A stretch of DNA of 60,750 nucleotides, the filler included, from Sphacelaria rigidula (Eukaryota): NCBI GenBank assembly GCA_964200075.2. It is 8 parts of 8 records of this genome, joined end to end, with 100 filler letters (N's around TTAATTAATTAA, not from the genome) between each part and the next. Parts side by side here need not be neighbours in the genome. Positions count along the whole stretch, not along the records: positions 7,608 to 15,114 come from CAXNAA020014592.1; positions 15,215 to 22,720 come from CAXNAA020014593.1; positions 22,821 to 30,326 come from CAXNAA020014594.1; 5 more parts are not named here. The stretch is one strand, 5' to 3'. This document shows, one piece after another, positions 12,756 through 25,893 of this stretch (positions are counted from its first letter, which is position 1; each line of letters starts with the position of its first letter). Made by a program: the position numbers and the translations under genes. Below the pieces are notes generated by a model. The model had not been told where the DNA came from and made no database searches. It was given only the letters and a program-made list of their open reading frames with translations.

Positions 12756-13351
12756 TAAGCGTGCCTTTCGGCGTGATTGGTGTCAGGTTAGGGTTGGTGA
12801 ACGGCGAACCAAGAATCACCAGGTGTACAGGTTTGACTGGACCAGCTGGGCTACACTAACCTTGTTGTTTATCCGGAGATTGGGTTGGTGATGTCACTGT
12901 CGTGGTGAGCTACAAAACATAACATGTTCGACGGCATGAGGCAAGGGAATACAGCAGGCAACAGAGTTTACCGAATGATCGGAAATCATGATTGCTACTT
13001 GATTTTGAAATGGACGCCGATATTTGGATCTTCAGAGGAGCTGTTAGTCCCAAGTGCTCCTAGCTCGCTCACAACGGGTGTTAGTCCAAATCCGTGCCGC
13101 AGGTACCGATTAGAGGTCTGCCAACTCCCACTTTGCCTAGGCCACCCTCTGCACTCCCGTGCCCGAGAGAGTTCTCTTATGCCTTTGCGGGGGGTTGGGG
13201 CTAGGGTTAGGGTTAGCATTGGCGGCATCTTATTCATAGTACCAACCTTGGTTTCGGACCATTTGATGAACATCCCTTAAATGAAAAGTACCAATAAATG
13301 GTCGGGCGAGTCTGGGTTCCTGTGACGCGAAGAAGTATGTCCTGTAGGTAG

Positions 13352-13767
13352 TAAAGCTCGGAAATGGTACCAGTTTTAACTGGCCATTATCATTATAATG
13401 GTAATAACGGTAATGGTTATATGAAAAACTTGGATAATGGTTTCAAACCATTATTTACCGTTACCGGCTTGAGAAGCTATTACCGGCTACGTACGCTACA
13501 TACAGCCCTTGATAATTGGCCAAACGTTTTCGTGTTTTTCAGCTCTAGTGAGGCCAAATTGCGTGAGAATATGTCTCCGGCACGGCGCCTCCACTGGGGC
13601 CCTCCGGGGGCGCCTCCGGCTGGGCCCCCTCTGCCGGGAAGAGCTTTTTGGCTCGCGGTTGCGCCCCCCGATGACCAAACCATTATGTACCATTTAACTG
13701 GTTAATGAGTGCGCTACCCGTAACCATTCAACTGGTTACTGGTTGAACAAACCGTTCCCGAGCCCTA
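13352..13767. mobile_element. hAT-like MITE
   Basis: Left end TAAAGCTCGGAAATGGT versus reverse complement of right end TAGGGCTCGGGAACGGT; 8-bp TSD GTAGGTAG (13344-13351) / GTAAGTAG (13768-13775). Confidence 0.75.
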
Positions 13768-13954
13768 GTAAGTAGCATATGCACAGACACCCAATTTCGT
13801 CCTGCGGTCCAACCGCCGATGTTCTGCGGGGTGCTCCTATGATTGGACGGCCAAATCACCCCCACCCCCCATGTATGAATTCGACGGACAATTGCGTACC
13901 TCGGAAAATCGATTTGACGGATTTTATGTACTGACAGATAACTACATTAGATAA

Positions 13955-14428
13955 ACTTTTGTGGCAAACAATATCGATTTTCATAAATATGAGTATTTCA
14001 GCTCTTTACTACAGGCGATTTTCTCCCGTGGATTTCTTTATCGGACCCCAGTCCGTCGGGCAATGTTTTTCGGCTAGCTGTGAGCAAACGAGATTAAGTC
14101 TCTGCTTCTCTGGAGGTTTACCTTTGGTATACCATCTTTCTGCTCAAATCGCGAGTCTTCACCGATTTGAGCAGAAGGATGGTATACCAAAGGTAAACGT
14201 CCAGATAATAGGAGAGTTGATCTGCAGTGTCCCGATTTGAGCAGAAAGGTGGTATACCAAAAGTAAACGTTCAGAGGATCGGAGAGTTGATCTCGTTTGC
14301 TCACAGCTAGCCGGAAATCGTTGCCCAACGGACTGGGGTCCGAAAAGTCAATCCACGGGAGAAAATCGCCCATAGACGGGCTGAAATCCTCATACTTGTA
14401 AAAACCGAGATTGGTTGCCATAAACGTT
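13955..14428. mobile_element. Foldback element with ~200-bp inverted arms and an internal ~70-bp duplication in the right arm
   Basis: e.g. GGCGATTTTCTCCCGTGGATT / AATCCACGGGAGAAAATCGCC and GCTAGCTGTGAGCAAACGAGAT / ATCTCGTTTGCTCACAGCTAGC; CCGATTTGAGCAGAA...GGAGAGTTGATCT occurs twice. Confidence 0.8.
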
Positions 14429-17398
14429 GGTCTCATAATCGGGAAAAAATGGGCAAGCTATTGGTCTAGTTTTGTAAGGGGTCGAAATTCTCGTGTGTAT
14501 TTGTTCAAATTACAGTCATTTCGCTAGCCCGCGACAGCGCTCCCGCACGATGACGCCGAAGGTCGAGCAATGGGCTGATGTAGAGTACTGCTGTGCAGTA
14601 ATAAAGAGACTCCAGGCTCGGAGATATGCGTTACCATGTTTTTTCTTATAACGGGGGTATTGAACCTGAAGCTACTGCAGAAATCAGAGGGAGGAGACTC
14701 TATTTACGCGAACGTCAAGTACCATAGCCACATTGTGGTGCTTGTGCATGGTCGGCATATGGCGTGCCCCGTACCTGTTTGCTCAGCGTTCTGCCACAAT
14801 ATCATATTCGAGCCATACACACGGAAGCAGACAACACGTACGGAGCTTTAAGCACGGGGCTTGAGGTTAGACTCCCTCTGGGCGGATTTATGAGCAACGT
14901 TCGGGAAAACGGAATGTAAGCAAGGTTGGTATGATGATGGCCCAAAGCGGGTCTTCTGGGCACTGTGGACCATCGGACAACGTTTGTATATGATCAGGTA
15001 CCACATTGAAAAAAAAGAACCGATGAGGTTGAGGGGGGGGGGGGGGTTGTGCGTAAAAATCCCCTGGTCAGTCATTTCGGTGGAGATCCAGCTTTTTTGT
15101 ACCCAGCGACGGATNNNNNNNNNNNNNNNNNNNNNNNNNNNNNNNNNNNNNNNNNNNNTTAATTAATTAANNNNNNNNNNNNNNNNNNNNNNNNNNNNNN
15201 NNNNNNNNNNNNNNAAAAAGAAAAAACAACGGAGCAAATAGAAACCCCCCCCCCCCCCCCCCCCCCTGCTTTTAACGTCCGCGAACAATGTTTCCAGCGA
15301 TTTTTTCACACCCTTGACAAGGGATTGTGTTGTCAAAAAATGTACTGCGTACAGTGTGGGATATATTGTGTGCTGCAATAGGCGCAATAGTCGATACCGT
15401 ACGCAGTACACTTCATGACTTGTGTATTCTTTTGTTCAGGGTGTGGATTTTTTCACCCATGAATTGCTTGAAAAAAAGGGGAGGCTGATACCATGGATAT
15501 CTGTGACGGATCAAGTCACAAGATACTGCATCAACCCATTTGCGGTAATATTAATCGGACAGCAGCCGGCGTCTTGTCAAAGAGTGCCCAAACGACAGGC
15601 TCGGTCCCCTTGTTAACTGAGCAGATTTTTCCATGCAACGCTTGGTTCGTCCAAGCCAGGTAAGGTCATTGGGGTCTGCAGATCATGTCTCGCGAAAATT
15701 CAGGCAAGAACCGCCAGAAATCGTGGGTGCCTACGCGTTGTTGGGGTGCCGCACACGTATCGTGCATTTTGAAGCCACCGTCTATCGCGCTTGGGGTCCG
15801 TCCCGATCGATGCACACCGGGTTACGCGTTTCTTGTCACTCGTTGGCGACACAACCCCAACCCCGCCCTACAAGAATTACAATCTGCCGCAGAAACCCGT
15901 CACGTCCTACGCACAGAAAGCGATAGATCGCGCCCGTTGCCACAAGGCCATCACATTTTTCTGGTTCCCCCGTCAGTTCCCCCTCCTTCACAAGGCCCCC
16001 GGACCAATATGCCTGCACAACATTTCAGGGCAAAACCTCCTCGTCCCTACCGTGATTCGGCGCGTGGTTTGGACCGAAGTAACATTCACAGTCAACCTAC
16101 CCGAGGGAACCGGGGTGTAGAACGCACTGGGAAAACGACCTAGCCATGATTGGGCGAGGCAGTTGCTGCCGCGCTGGCGCCGGCCTTGGTACATTTCACG
16201 GCTCATCCCGTGGCAAAAGGAGACACGCGGGATCCCAGTGCTACGCCAAAGTTCCATGCCAGCGGCAGCGGTGGGGGCGGTGACAGCGGCGGCGGTGGTA
16301 ACAGCGAAGGCGAAAACAAAACGCAACGCAACGCAGACGACGACGACAACGACGTCGACCAGGAGTGATGATGACCGGCGAGTTCTACGTCTAAGCTCGT
16401 CGGGATAAGTTTATCCCCCGGTTCACTGATTTGTAGAGAGGAAAAAAAAAGAGAGTGAGATCTCGAGACGTCGGCAACGAGTCGTTGCTTCCATCTCCTG
16501 GGGTGGGTGCGCGAGTGTCCCGTCCTCTGCGCCCGGCGGTACACATAACCCGTGGCATGATTCGCACATCGTACGTCGACATGATTCGCCCAGTCGTTTA
16601 CCGCGCTGAGAAAGACGACCCATCCGCCCGAGATTTCCGTCCAACCCAGGAGGATGGAAACCGTGTCAAACCCCCGCCATCATCGCCCATTGCAGACCAA
16701 GCATCGCTCGATGATTTGTTCTCGGGAACGAAATTCCAGCTTCTGCTCCCATCTTGATGCCCCAAGACTTCGGTATCAAGTTCGGATTGTCCGTGACCAC
16801 ACGCTCGCTCGCGGGGATTAGCCAGAACAGAGCCTGTCACGGTAGCGCGGAGGAGAGATCACAGCGCTTCGTGGTTTCCCTCATCGCCCTCAAAATCGCG
16901 TCCTGTCTCACTTCACCAAGCTCCCGGGAGACGGCATAATCAGCCACCGCTGCTGATATCACGTTTGGATTGTTCGTGATCGCACGAACAGATTATCACA
17001 CACCGCAGTGTCCGGGCAACGTACGCCAACCGCTATTTTCCCGTACCACCACTCAGTACTCGAAGAGTACCCGCCTGGTTGTGGCCTACGGTGTTACGTC
17101 AACGCCTTATCCCCATGTCCAACGATGACAGACTAGTATCGTGCGATAAGTCCTCTCGCGGAGATCTACCGCGTTCCGTCCTCCTAGATATCGCGACTCG
17201 TTGGTCCTTCAAGGTAGTCCCGGAAATTATGTACTGGTACGTGCCTCCTCCCGTGTCCCCTCAGTGCTTCCTTCTGCAAAAACCAGGTTTCTGGTCAGCA
17301 AGGACCGCCACCCGCCCGGAGTACTCGGCATCTTCAGAGGACACCTGAAGCTCGCTATTCCGTTTCTTGTGTTCCTACTGCCCTATATCTTTGCCGTC

Positions 17399-17724
17399 GC
17401 GCCCCGGTGGTGTAATGGTCCGACAGTCACCATCAGGGTGGAGAGAACGAGGGTTCGATTCCCGACGAGTTGGTTTTTTTCTTCGTAGTATGTGATTTTC
17501 ACCGTGGAAAGCTTGACAAGGTGAGTAAACAAAGTGGTCGACTGAGTTCGTTCAACGTGAGTTGGGGCGGTGTGGGAGTGCTGATCCAATCCGCGAGGCC
17601 AAAATGCAAGGCGTGTACCGGGGAGAGACGGGTTGATGATTGATCCCTTGAGACCACGGACTCGTCCCGAGGAAGGGGAGGGGTTCAAAGTGCGACAAAT
17701 GAAATAACAAAAAAATAAAATAAA
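17399..17724 (+). mobile_element. Family B tRNA-derived SINE (best-preserved copy)
   Basis: A box TGGTGTAATGG, B box GGTTCGATTCC at ~17452, 3' motif TGAGACCACGG...TTCAAAGTGCGAC, A-rich tail. Confidence 0.8.
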
Positions 17725-18531
17725 CGTATATATCGTCATACTGCACTCACCCACGATACACCGTGCGCGATGATTATGTCATTGATTCCAGTAGAGGTAA
17801 CCGGAGTTGGGCTACAACCTGCCCATAGTTGATATTACTTGACTTGAGTGTAAAAAACGAGAATCGGAACTTCACTGGGGCTTGACAGTCCCGTGCGCTT
17901 CTCGCGTGGGCAGAACACGTTTTCAGATCAGCGCTACAGACGCCAATTATAGGTCTATCAACGCCACACTTTTGCCTTGGGAACTTTACGCACCTCCCGT
18001 GCGCAAGGGTTCTCGTTATGCCCTGGGTTGGGGTTACGGTTGGGGGTTAGGGTTAGCGGTAGTTATAAAGTGGGCCAACCATGGATAGAAAGTAGCCCAA
18101 CTCCGGTTGACCCACCTCATGTAGTTCTGTCCGAATCCGTGCTGTCTAGTAGATGGCTACTAGTAGTCTCCTCGGTGATCGTGTGCAATACTACACAGGT
18201 GCCTGTGTGGTCAAGCAATCGCAATTATTGCTTTTCTCGGGAGGTTTTGTCGGTCGTTGCGTTCCCCTGGTTTATACCAGTATGTACGTACCAATGTCCG
18301 CCTGCATGCAGTGTCAACCCTGCGTCATGTAGCGTGTCTTGTCGGGTGCTTCAGTATCCTACTTCCTGTGACGGTCGTCTGGGGTAGACTTAAACGGACA
18401 GCAACACTCTCTCATAATTTAGTGTGTGTTTCGTTTCGAAGTTTGTCGATATCGTCACGCGAAATAGTTTTTTTTCCTTCTTGTCTTTGGATACCCTTTC
18501 GTTTTGTCCTCGTCAATATACCATATCCATA

Positions 18532-18780
18532 GGTCGCCCCGGTGGCTCCTGCGGTGACCTCGAACCTTCTGACGGTCGGGTCGTGGGTACGAATCTCGGT
18601 GACACGATCTGGGATTTATTCTCACACCATGCTCAACAGTGGAGAGCGACCATGTCGCGGGTGTACAAAATTCGACTTTACGGTCGATGAGGGAAAGGGA
18701 CCGCTGAACCCCTTTCGCGATAAAAAATAAGGCAAGCACCGCAGAAGGGGGGTGGAGTACTGGAACAAAATAAAAAAGAG
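18532..18780 (+). mobile_element. Possible second tRNA-derived SINE
   Basis: A-box-like GGTGGCTCCTGCGG, B-box-like GGTACGAATCTC, A-rich end; single copy in the window. Confidence 0.4.
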
Positions 18781-20149
18781 AAAGCTCCTGTGCTGGCCCT
18801 CTTCCTGTGTGGACCCGGCTGATGCTGCTGCGCCCACACACTTTCCGAAGGGTGTAGACTGGCGTCCAGAATAAATGGAATGGCAACACATACACATACG
18901 AGGTGAAGCGTGACAACTTGCATACTGATGCTAGATTGTTGTGAGAGGTTGTTTGATGTGACATAGTCTGCTTGGCCCTGCAGAAATATCAAATGCTCAT
19001 TAAACACAGTACGAACGAGTCTTGTCTACAGTAGCGCAATTACCCCGCATGTACGTGAATGTCGTACATAGCTCATCACCGACTCATTTGATTTGTCCTT
19101 TTTCATTGTCAACTATTTGTGTTGCTCGAAAACGCTGGCCAATCAAGATTTAAGCTTCATCACTGGTGTTACCGCGCCACATCACCATCGTCACAATGGA
19201 TCAACTTTAATGGTTCAAAAACACCACTCGTCATAGAACGACCTGATGGTTGAAAAATACCGCTGGTCATGCTGAAAACGAATGGTTCCGTCATGCAGAG
19301 TTTATAAGCCCTGAACAGATGTTAGATTTTCCCATTTGGGTCATGCTTTCGACACGCAGCAAATCGAACAGTGGTGCAACATATCGCGCCACTACTACCT
19401 ATGTTTATATGTACACGTATCGCTTCACATTTTTCACCACTTTTGCCGAGTTTTCTCTGGGCGGCAAGGCATTTTTTCCCGCGCTTCCTTTTGCAGCGCA
19501 CTAACAAGACTCAGCGGTACATTACCGTTCAGGTTTGGGTGTCATCTGGTACCTGTGGCGCGTGTTCTGGCCAACGAACGTCGCTCAAACTGGCCCTCTT
19601 TCGCAGGGTGTCGATCCCGAACCACAAATGCCTTTTCAAGATCATGCAAAACTTGAAACAGGAACCCGAACCACAGATCCTGTTGAAGATAATGAAAACC
19701 TTGAAACAGGATTATTTTTCGCGGATTATTTTTCGCCCGTGTTCCTCTTTGTCGTGCCCTCGTTAATTTGGGAACACGAACACACCGGTTATGCCACCGA
19801 TGTCACGAGGACATGAGAACAAAGTATTTGAACACAAATGCATATTGCCTTGGTCTCCCTCAGAAGCAAACACAAGACCGTGAAATGGGTCGTTGGTGAG
19901 TTGAACGAGGCACAGCAGCAAGGCAGCACGGGAATGCTTTGCCGCAAAAAACAATCACCGTGTTTCAAAAAAAGACCCGGTGATGTGGAAGCCACCGTGA
20001 TGTGCAATCGTTTCAAACAAGAGTCACCGCTCTTATGTCCAGGGAAATGCAAATTCTCATGTGAAGCGAAGACCCGTCAGAAAGAATGGCCCGGTGAAAA
20101 AAAGGACTGATGAAAAAGACCCGGTGAAAAGTTCGGCCGGCTTTTGAAA

Positions 20150-20400
20150 AGAAAATGCAACTCTCATGTGCAAAGGAAAAGCGAAGCACTGAAAGAAAAT
20201 ATCCCGCGAGATCCTAACCAAGTGAGAAGGAACATGGCAGGAATGTTCCACGCATTCCAACAACAGCCAGCCAAAGCCACTCTTTTGTCCAGAGAAATGC
20301 AAACTCTCATGTGCAACGAAAAAGCGAAGCACTGAAAGAACATACCCGCGAGCTTATCAAGTGACAAAGAGCATGCCAAGAACGTTCCACGCATTCCAAC
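20150..20400. repeat. Degenerate ~140-bp direct duplication
   Basis: AAATGCAA(A)CTCTCATGTGCAA..AAAAGCGAAGCACTGAAAGAA...GTTCCACGCATTCCAAC occurs twice. Confidence 0.8.
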
Positions 20401-21526
20401 TCTTCGGAAAGTGCCTATCGCTGTTATGTCTTTGTGGCACGAGAGCTACTTCGCACTCTGGCACCTGGGAAATACAACACATGTCCTACGCCGGCGGTTC
20501 CGCCGTCGTCCTCCGTCCGTTTCCCATATTTCGACTTGCGTCCACCCCGGGAGGCCCGTGCCAACCTTCCGAAAGGGAACCTTGTATAAATATATATTCT
20601 TCTCCCATCGTTGAAGCCTGAAAATATGCTCTGTATTCCAACACAGTCGCATTCACAACCAGGGGTAGATCGCGCACTACTACAACCGTCGACGACTAGA
20701 CCATGTATCAGTTCCCATCATATTCCAGCTCATCCTGCATACTGCAACGCATCCAATCCAGCTCTTACATGAACAGTTATGATATCTCCTGCTTTGATTT
20801 TGAATTTTGATTCCAACTTGATATTTGTATGACTCATGACTGCCAGTCATTCGTACAAGAATCTCACTGGTTTCAATCATCATCCATCCATTTCACTCAT
20901 GTTCACGGGCAAACGTAAGCGGACAGATGGCGTAGGGTATTTGAGATAGCCATACCCGCGAGACACCCTCGTTTACAAGAAGGGATATGATATGTTGAAG
21001 GTTCCTGAAAATAAAATTCCGGGAGAGTTCCCTGTGGGCGCGCATTCCATATTTCTGGCTCAGGGCCTGTCTTGGCGCATGAGTTTTCCATCGAAAAAGT
21101 GCGGTAGAAAACAAAAATCCTGATCTGATAGATCATGATTTCAACCATCTTCAAAATAAACCACGACGGTTGAAATCACGACCCATCAGATTGAGATTTT
21201 TGTTTTCCGCCGCAATTTTTCGATCGAAAACCCATGTGCTAAGACAGGGCCTTATTGTTCGTTCCTTCTCTATGATATCGTAGTGCTCCAGCGAGGGTCA
21301 TTCCCGAGGGGTTGCCCCTCCTCTCTCGCTCCCGTGTACCCAACCTCCACAGAAACACGGATGTGCGAATGACCGCGTCACTGGGGTCCACTTCTCCGGC
21401 CCGCGTGACTATTGTCATCACTCATGAGAGTGGTAGCCTCGATACCTTGGTTCGGAATGACACGTTGGCGCTATTCGTACTTGCTTCTGCTTAGGGCCGA
21501 AATTAACGGGCTTTATTCTTCATCCA

Positions 21527-21944
21527 TAGCCGGTGGCTCTGCGGTGCCCACTGGTGTGTGTCTGTATCTACTCTGCTGCCCTGAATCCCTCGGGCTTTTC
21601 ACTTTTTTTACTATATTATTCGTTTCATTTTTATTCTATGTTATTTTATTTTATTATACTGTAGTTTCATTTATTTTTCTCTTTCCTTTGCTCCTATTTT
21701 CCTTTTCTTGATCAAGATCGTCCTTTTGTTTCTGTGCCTTGCTTGTGTTGACTTTTTATTTAATTTCATGTATTTTCTTACGTCATAGTCTACTAGTCAT
21801 TTTTTTCGACTATTTTTCTGTTCCTTCTTGTTCTTCAGCGAGCGTTTCAGTTTTGTTTTTCTTGGGTAAGTCTATCATGTGACCACGACTGGACCCCTGG
21901 TGGGTCAGTTAAAGTGCGACACTCAATCAAATCAATCAATCAAT
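21527..21944 (+). mobile_element. Family A retroposon (non-LTR 3' region or SINE-like), (CAAT)n tail
   Basis: CGGTGGCTCTGCGGTGCCCACTGGTGTG head, T-rich middle, conserved 3' end; homologous to 32683-33017. Confidence 0.8.
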
Positions 21945-22820
21945 TTCATCCATTCTCAACAGTACGAACATATGGATGAAATTGGATGAAAACGGATGCA
22001 ACGTACGAGAAATAAAACCCGTTCATAACGGCCCTTCGTACAGTATTTGCAAATTACCAAGAGAAGCAGGAAGGGTAGGGTACCCGGTCTCTGTGTTATA
22101 CTGTGGATCCCTGGTCCACGGGCAAAGGATCGGGCATGGTCTGCGAGGCATACTGTAGAGCGGGTGGTGTTTCTCTTGATCGCAATACTCATGGTAAACA
22201 ATCATATTGCGCACCACTCACGAACACACCCACGAACGAAAACATTCTAAACCAAAACACTTTTCAACCTAGGATTCCGGAAGCCCTCCCCCCCCCTCTC
22301 TATCAGGGCTGCCGGTTCACTCGGGAGCGGCTTGCCGAGGGGTGGGATAGGACTGGATTTTTACCCGCCGTTACGCCTCCTACATTTTTCTACTACAAGC
22401 AGGGAGTGCTAGCTACTGAAATTAAGTGGCAAACTGTTTTCAGGCTATTCCGAAGTCATACCAGTTTATGAGCCATGCTACGAAGAGGAGGGGGGAAGGG
22501 TGTTTGATTCCACGAAAAAGAAGACTCATGGATGTATCAGACGACCTACAGCCCTCGCGGTGCGCTTGTACTTGGGTCCAAGCGGCGTCAACAAGGATGA
22601 ATGAGCATTAATTATTCGTAAGAAGTGCGTTTGAACAACCCAAGGGTCGGACAAATAATGAGTCGTCTGGAAATTACTTGGTTTTAGTAGAATTGATTCG
22701 AATCGTACAAATCAATCCCTNNNNNNNNNNNNNNNNNNNNNNNNNNNNNNNNNNNNNNNNNNNNTTAATTAATTAANNNNNNNNNNNNNNNNNNNNNNNN
22801 NNNNNNNNNNNNNNNNNNNN

Positions 22821-25800
22821 GTGGGAGCACTGCTATGTCAGGCTCGCGTACGTAGTTGAGATACGCACTAAACTCTTTGCGCTGTTCTTCCTGGAGTCGG
22901 GCAGGATCGAGCACAGGGAATAACGAAACGGCACTAGAAAACAATTCCGTGTCGTTTTGCACTATGTCAATCTCGTTTAACGAGTCGGCGGAAATTTCGT
23001 AGTCACGCGGCCCAGGTGAAAAGTACGGACGATCACTCGGCACGTTACGGCAGATAGACGCTAATGCCGGTTGATGTGCCACTGGTTCAGTTCCAATTTC
23101 GCCGAACAAACGAGATAGTGCGTCGGGGACTACATTCAGTTTCCCGGGTACATGCTTAACAGTAAAGTCGTAATTTTGGAGAGCAATTGCCCAACGAGTA
23201 AGCATGTTGCTAGTATCTTGCATGTAGTACAAATGTGTGAGTGCGGAGTGGTCAGTCATCACGGTGAAATGCCGTCCAAAAAGATAAGGTCTCCAGTGCG
23301 ATAAGGCATGCACTACTCCACAACACTCCTTCATCGACGCTGAATAGTGTCGTTGCCCATGTTTAAAACGGTGGCTATAGTAAGCAATGATGTTAAGGGA
23401 CTTGTCATCATCCTTCGACGGCTGGGCAATGAAAGCACCACACCCGACTTCGGACGAATCAACGTGGACGACAAACTCTCTGGAAAAATCCGGGAAATGT
23501 AAAACGGGGGCTGAAACCAACAGACGCTTGATGTGCGCAAATGCCACATCGTGGTTGACATTCCAAGCCTTTTTGAAACGAGATTTTGTGGCATACTCTT
23601 TCTTTGTGAGCTCCACCAAGGGTGCAGTAACTTCGGCGTAATCAGGAATAAAACGGCGCACAAAATTAACTACCCCAAGCACTGAGCGAAGTTCTTTGAT
23701 GCAGGTGGGCGTCGGCAGTGCATTGATAGCTGTGATCCGATCCTCCCCAACAGACACGCCGTCTTTGGAAATTACGTGCCCAAGGTATTCAATCGATTTA
23801 GGACCAAACGCGACCTTCGACGGTTTCAATGTCAGTCCGGCTGCCTGCAGAGCTACGAACATGCTCTCCAAAGACTTCAAATGATTCTCGAAATTCGCCG
23901 ACAAGACACAGAGATCATCCATGTAAATCAACAATTCGGGAATGTGGCCTAACGTTTTATGGGCCATCTCAGTGAAAATCCATGGCGCATTACACACCCC
24001 AAACGGCATTCTCTTATAACAGTATTTGCCCTGGTTGGTAACAAACGCCGTACGCTCTACGTGGTCTGACCTCACTGGAAGCTGCCAGTACGCGCTCTGT
24101 ATGTCGGCAACGGAGATGAACTGTGCGCTGCCAACGGTGTCGAGGTTGGACTCCATGTTCGCCATCGGCCACGTCTTGCGAATCAGCAGCTTGTTCAACG
24201 TAGTACGGTAGTCGACGCAGAAACGAGGTTGACCATCTTTACGAGCGACAATCGTGACGGGGGAACCCCACGGGCTAGGTAGTTCTTCAATGATCCCGTC
24301 AGTGAGCATATCCTTCACGCACTTATTAATAACGGCTTCGGCGCGAGGGTTGGCACGATACGGTCGGCGGCTCACAGGTTTAGTGTTGGGCGGCAAGGGA
24401 AACGTTGCGTCATGGGTGGTGCATTTTCCGAGTTCACCCCGGTTCAACGAAAACACGGGACGGTATTTTGCACACAAATCCAACACTCGAGCTTGTTGCT
24501 CAGGGGAAAACGTGGAGTCAGCGAAAGCTTTCTCTAACGGTTCTGTGAGTTCTTGGCGTGCATGAGCGATTTCACCTACGGTTTTGGGAGTCGCTGCAAC
24601 GGCATGCACGCAAAGTTTGTCAGGTTGTACGATCTCAACTGAAGACAGTTTCCCAAGAACTAGGTTGTCATGCAATGCGAGAGACTCCGAAGACGGATTT
24701 GCAACTTGTAAGTATACTGCGCCATCCCGAGCATGCCAAGTAGTCAGAGTACGCGCGACGAGTACACGTTCAAATTCGATGGGAAAGTCGCCGGATTTGA
24801 TTTCTTCAGTTGTCAACAAACGAGGTTCAACTACAACGGTAGTATCATGTAACGGTATGGCCTCCGAGTACGCTTTTACGATTGCGTTATGCCCGGGGGG
24901 AATGTTATAACGTCGGTGCAGCGTGATCGAATGCTCCCGTGCTTTTTTGTGTACAGCAGCAACGGTGAACGTGGATGGTGGCGTGCTGCTGGTGCGTGGT
25001 ACTTTACGATGTAACGCAGGGAGAACAGTATCATTCGATGCAAAAGTCAGCTGTTCGTTCTTCCAATCAAGTACTGCACCGAAACGAGACATTGCGTCAT
25101 TGTCAAGCAAGATTTGATCAGGGCCGAGGGAAGGGATCACCAAGGCATCAATACGGCGGGAGACGTCTCCCAAACGAACGTTTAACGAAAGATAACCCAA
25201 CACTTGAAGTGGCGCTCCATTTGCGGCATTTAGCTTCATGTGAGAGGGTGGTACGGGCTCGAGTTGAGCAAACGATAACGTAGGATGTCGTTTCAAGTAC
25301 GAAAGTGAAACGCACGTGACATCACTTGCAGTATCAATGGTCAACTCCGGAACGAAGTGATCATTAATATATCCAGGCGTACGGACACGCTTGGACGAAA
25401 AAGAAAAAAACAACGAAGACTTCTTCCGCGATAGCGAAGAAAGATAACGGGAAACACGGGTATTCTCATTAATTCCGCCATGATGTTCAATTTTTTTCCT
25501 CTTACGGCCGCTCGAACTACGATTCGATGCCAGTTCTACCTGAACCACTCTGCTGGCCTTTAGTTTTCGAGCACTTCGAACACCAATAGACTCGCTACTG
25601 TCCAGGGGGGAAATGGCTGCGCCAACGGGGCACTCTGACTTACTAGCGGGGACGCTCACGGGAGAATCTACCCTGACACCAAGACGGGTTACAGCAGGCA
25701 ATGACTGACTCTCATCTACCGAATCTCTACAGTCATGCTGGCTACGCGGAATGCTTTGCGACTCACGACTCGCAGGCAACGAATTAGCAAGTGACGCCAA

Positions 25801-25893
25801 ACGACTACGGGGTCGTTTAACGCCCTTCCTACCAAGCAACACGGTACTGGTAGGTTTTATCCCAAGTGCTACGGGCACAACACCTGGGCACCC
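22821..25893 (-). CDS. pol: Pol polyprotein (aspartic protease, RT, RNase H), 3'-truncated
   Basis: Uninterrupted >1000-aa frame: LTIDTASDVT (protease), SPWGSP...RFCVDYR, MPFGVCNAP, YMDD (RT), VHVDSS...KECCGVV...TDHSAL...NVVPDALSR (RNase H). Confidence 0.95.

Noticed and set aside
15640-16960. GC-rich coding-like stretches on the minus strand
   Set aside because: No consistent splice sites or recognisable domain; stops in the candidate frames
17399-17470. Possible tRNA gene
   Set aside because: A and B boxes are present but there is no acceptor-stem pairing or cloverleaf, and it continues into a repeated SINE body
20107-20150. Hammerhead-ribozyme-like CUGAUGA-stem-GAAA
   Set aside because: A stem II can be drawn, but no matching stems I/III or NUH cleavage triplet were found
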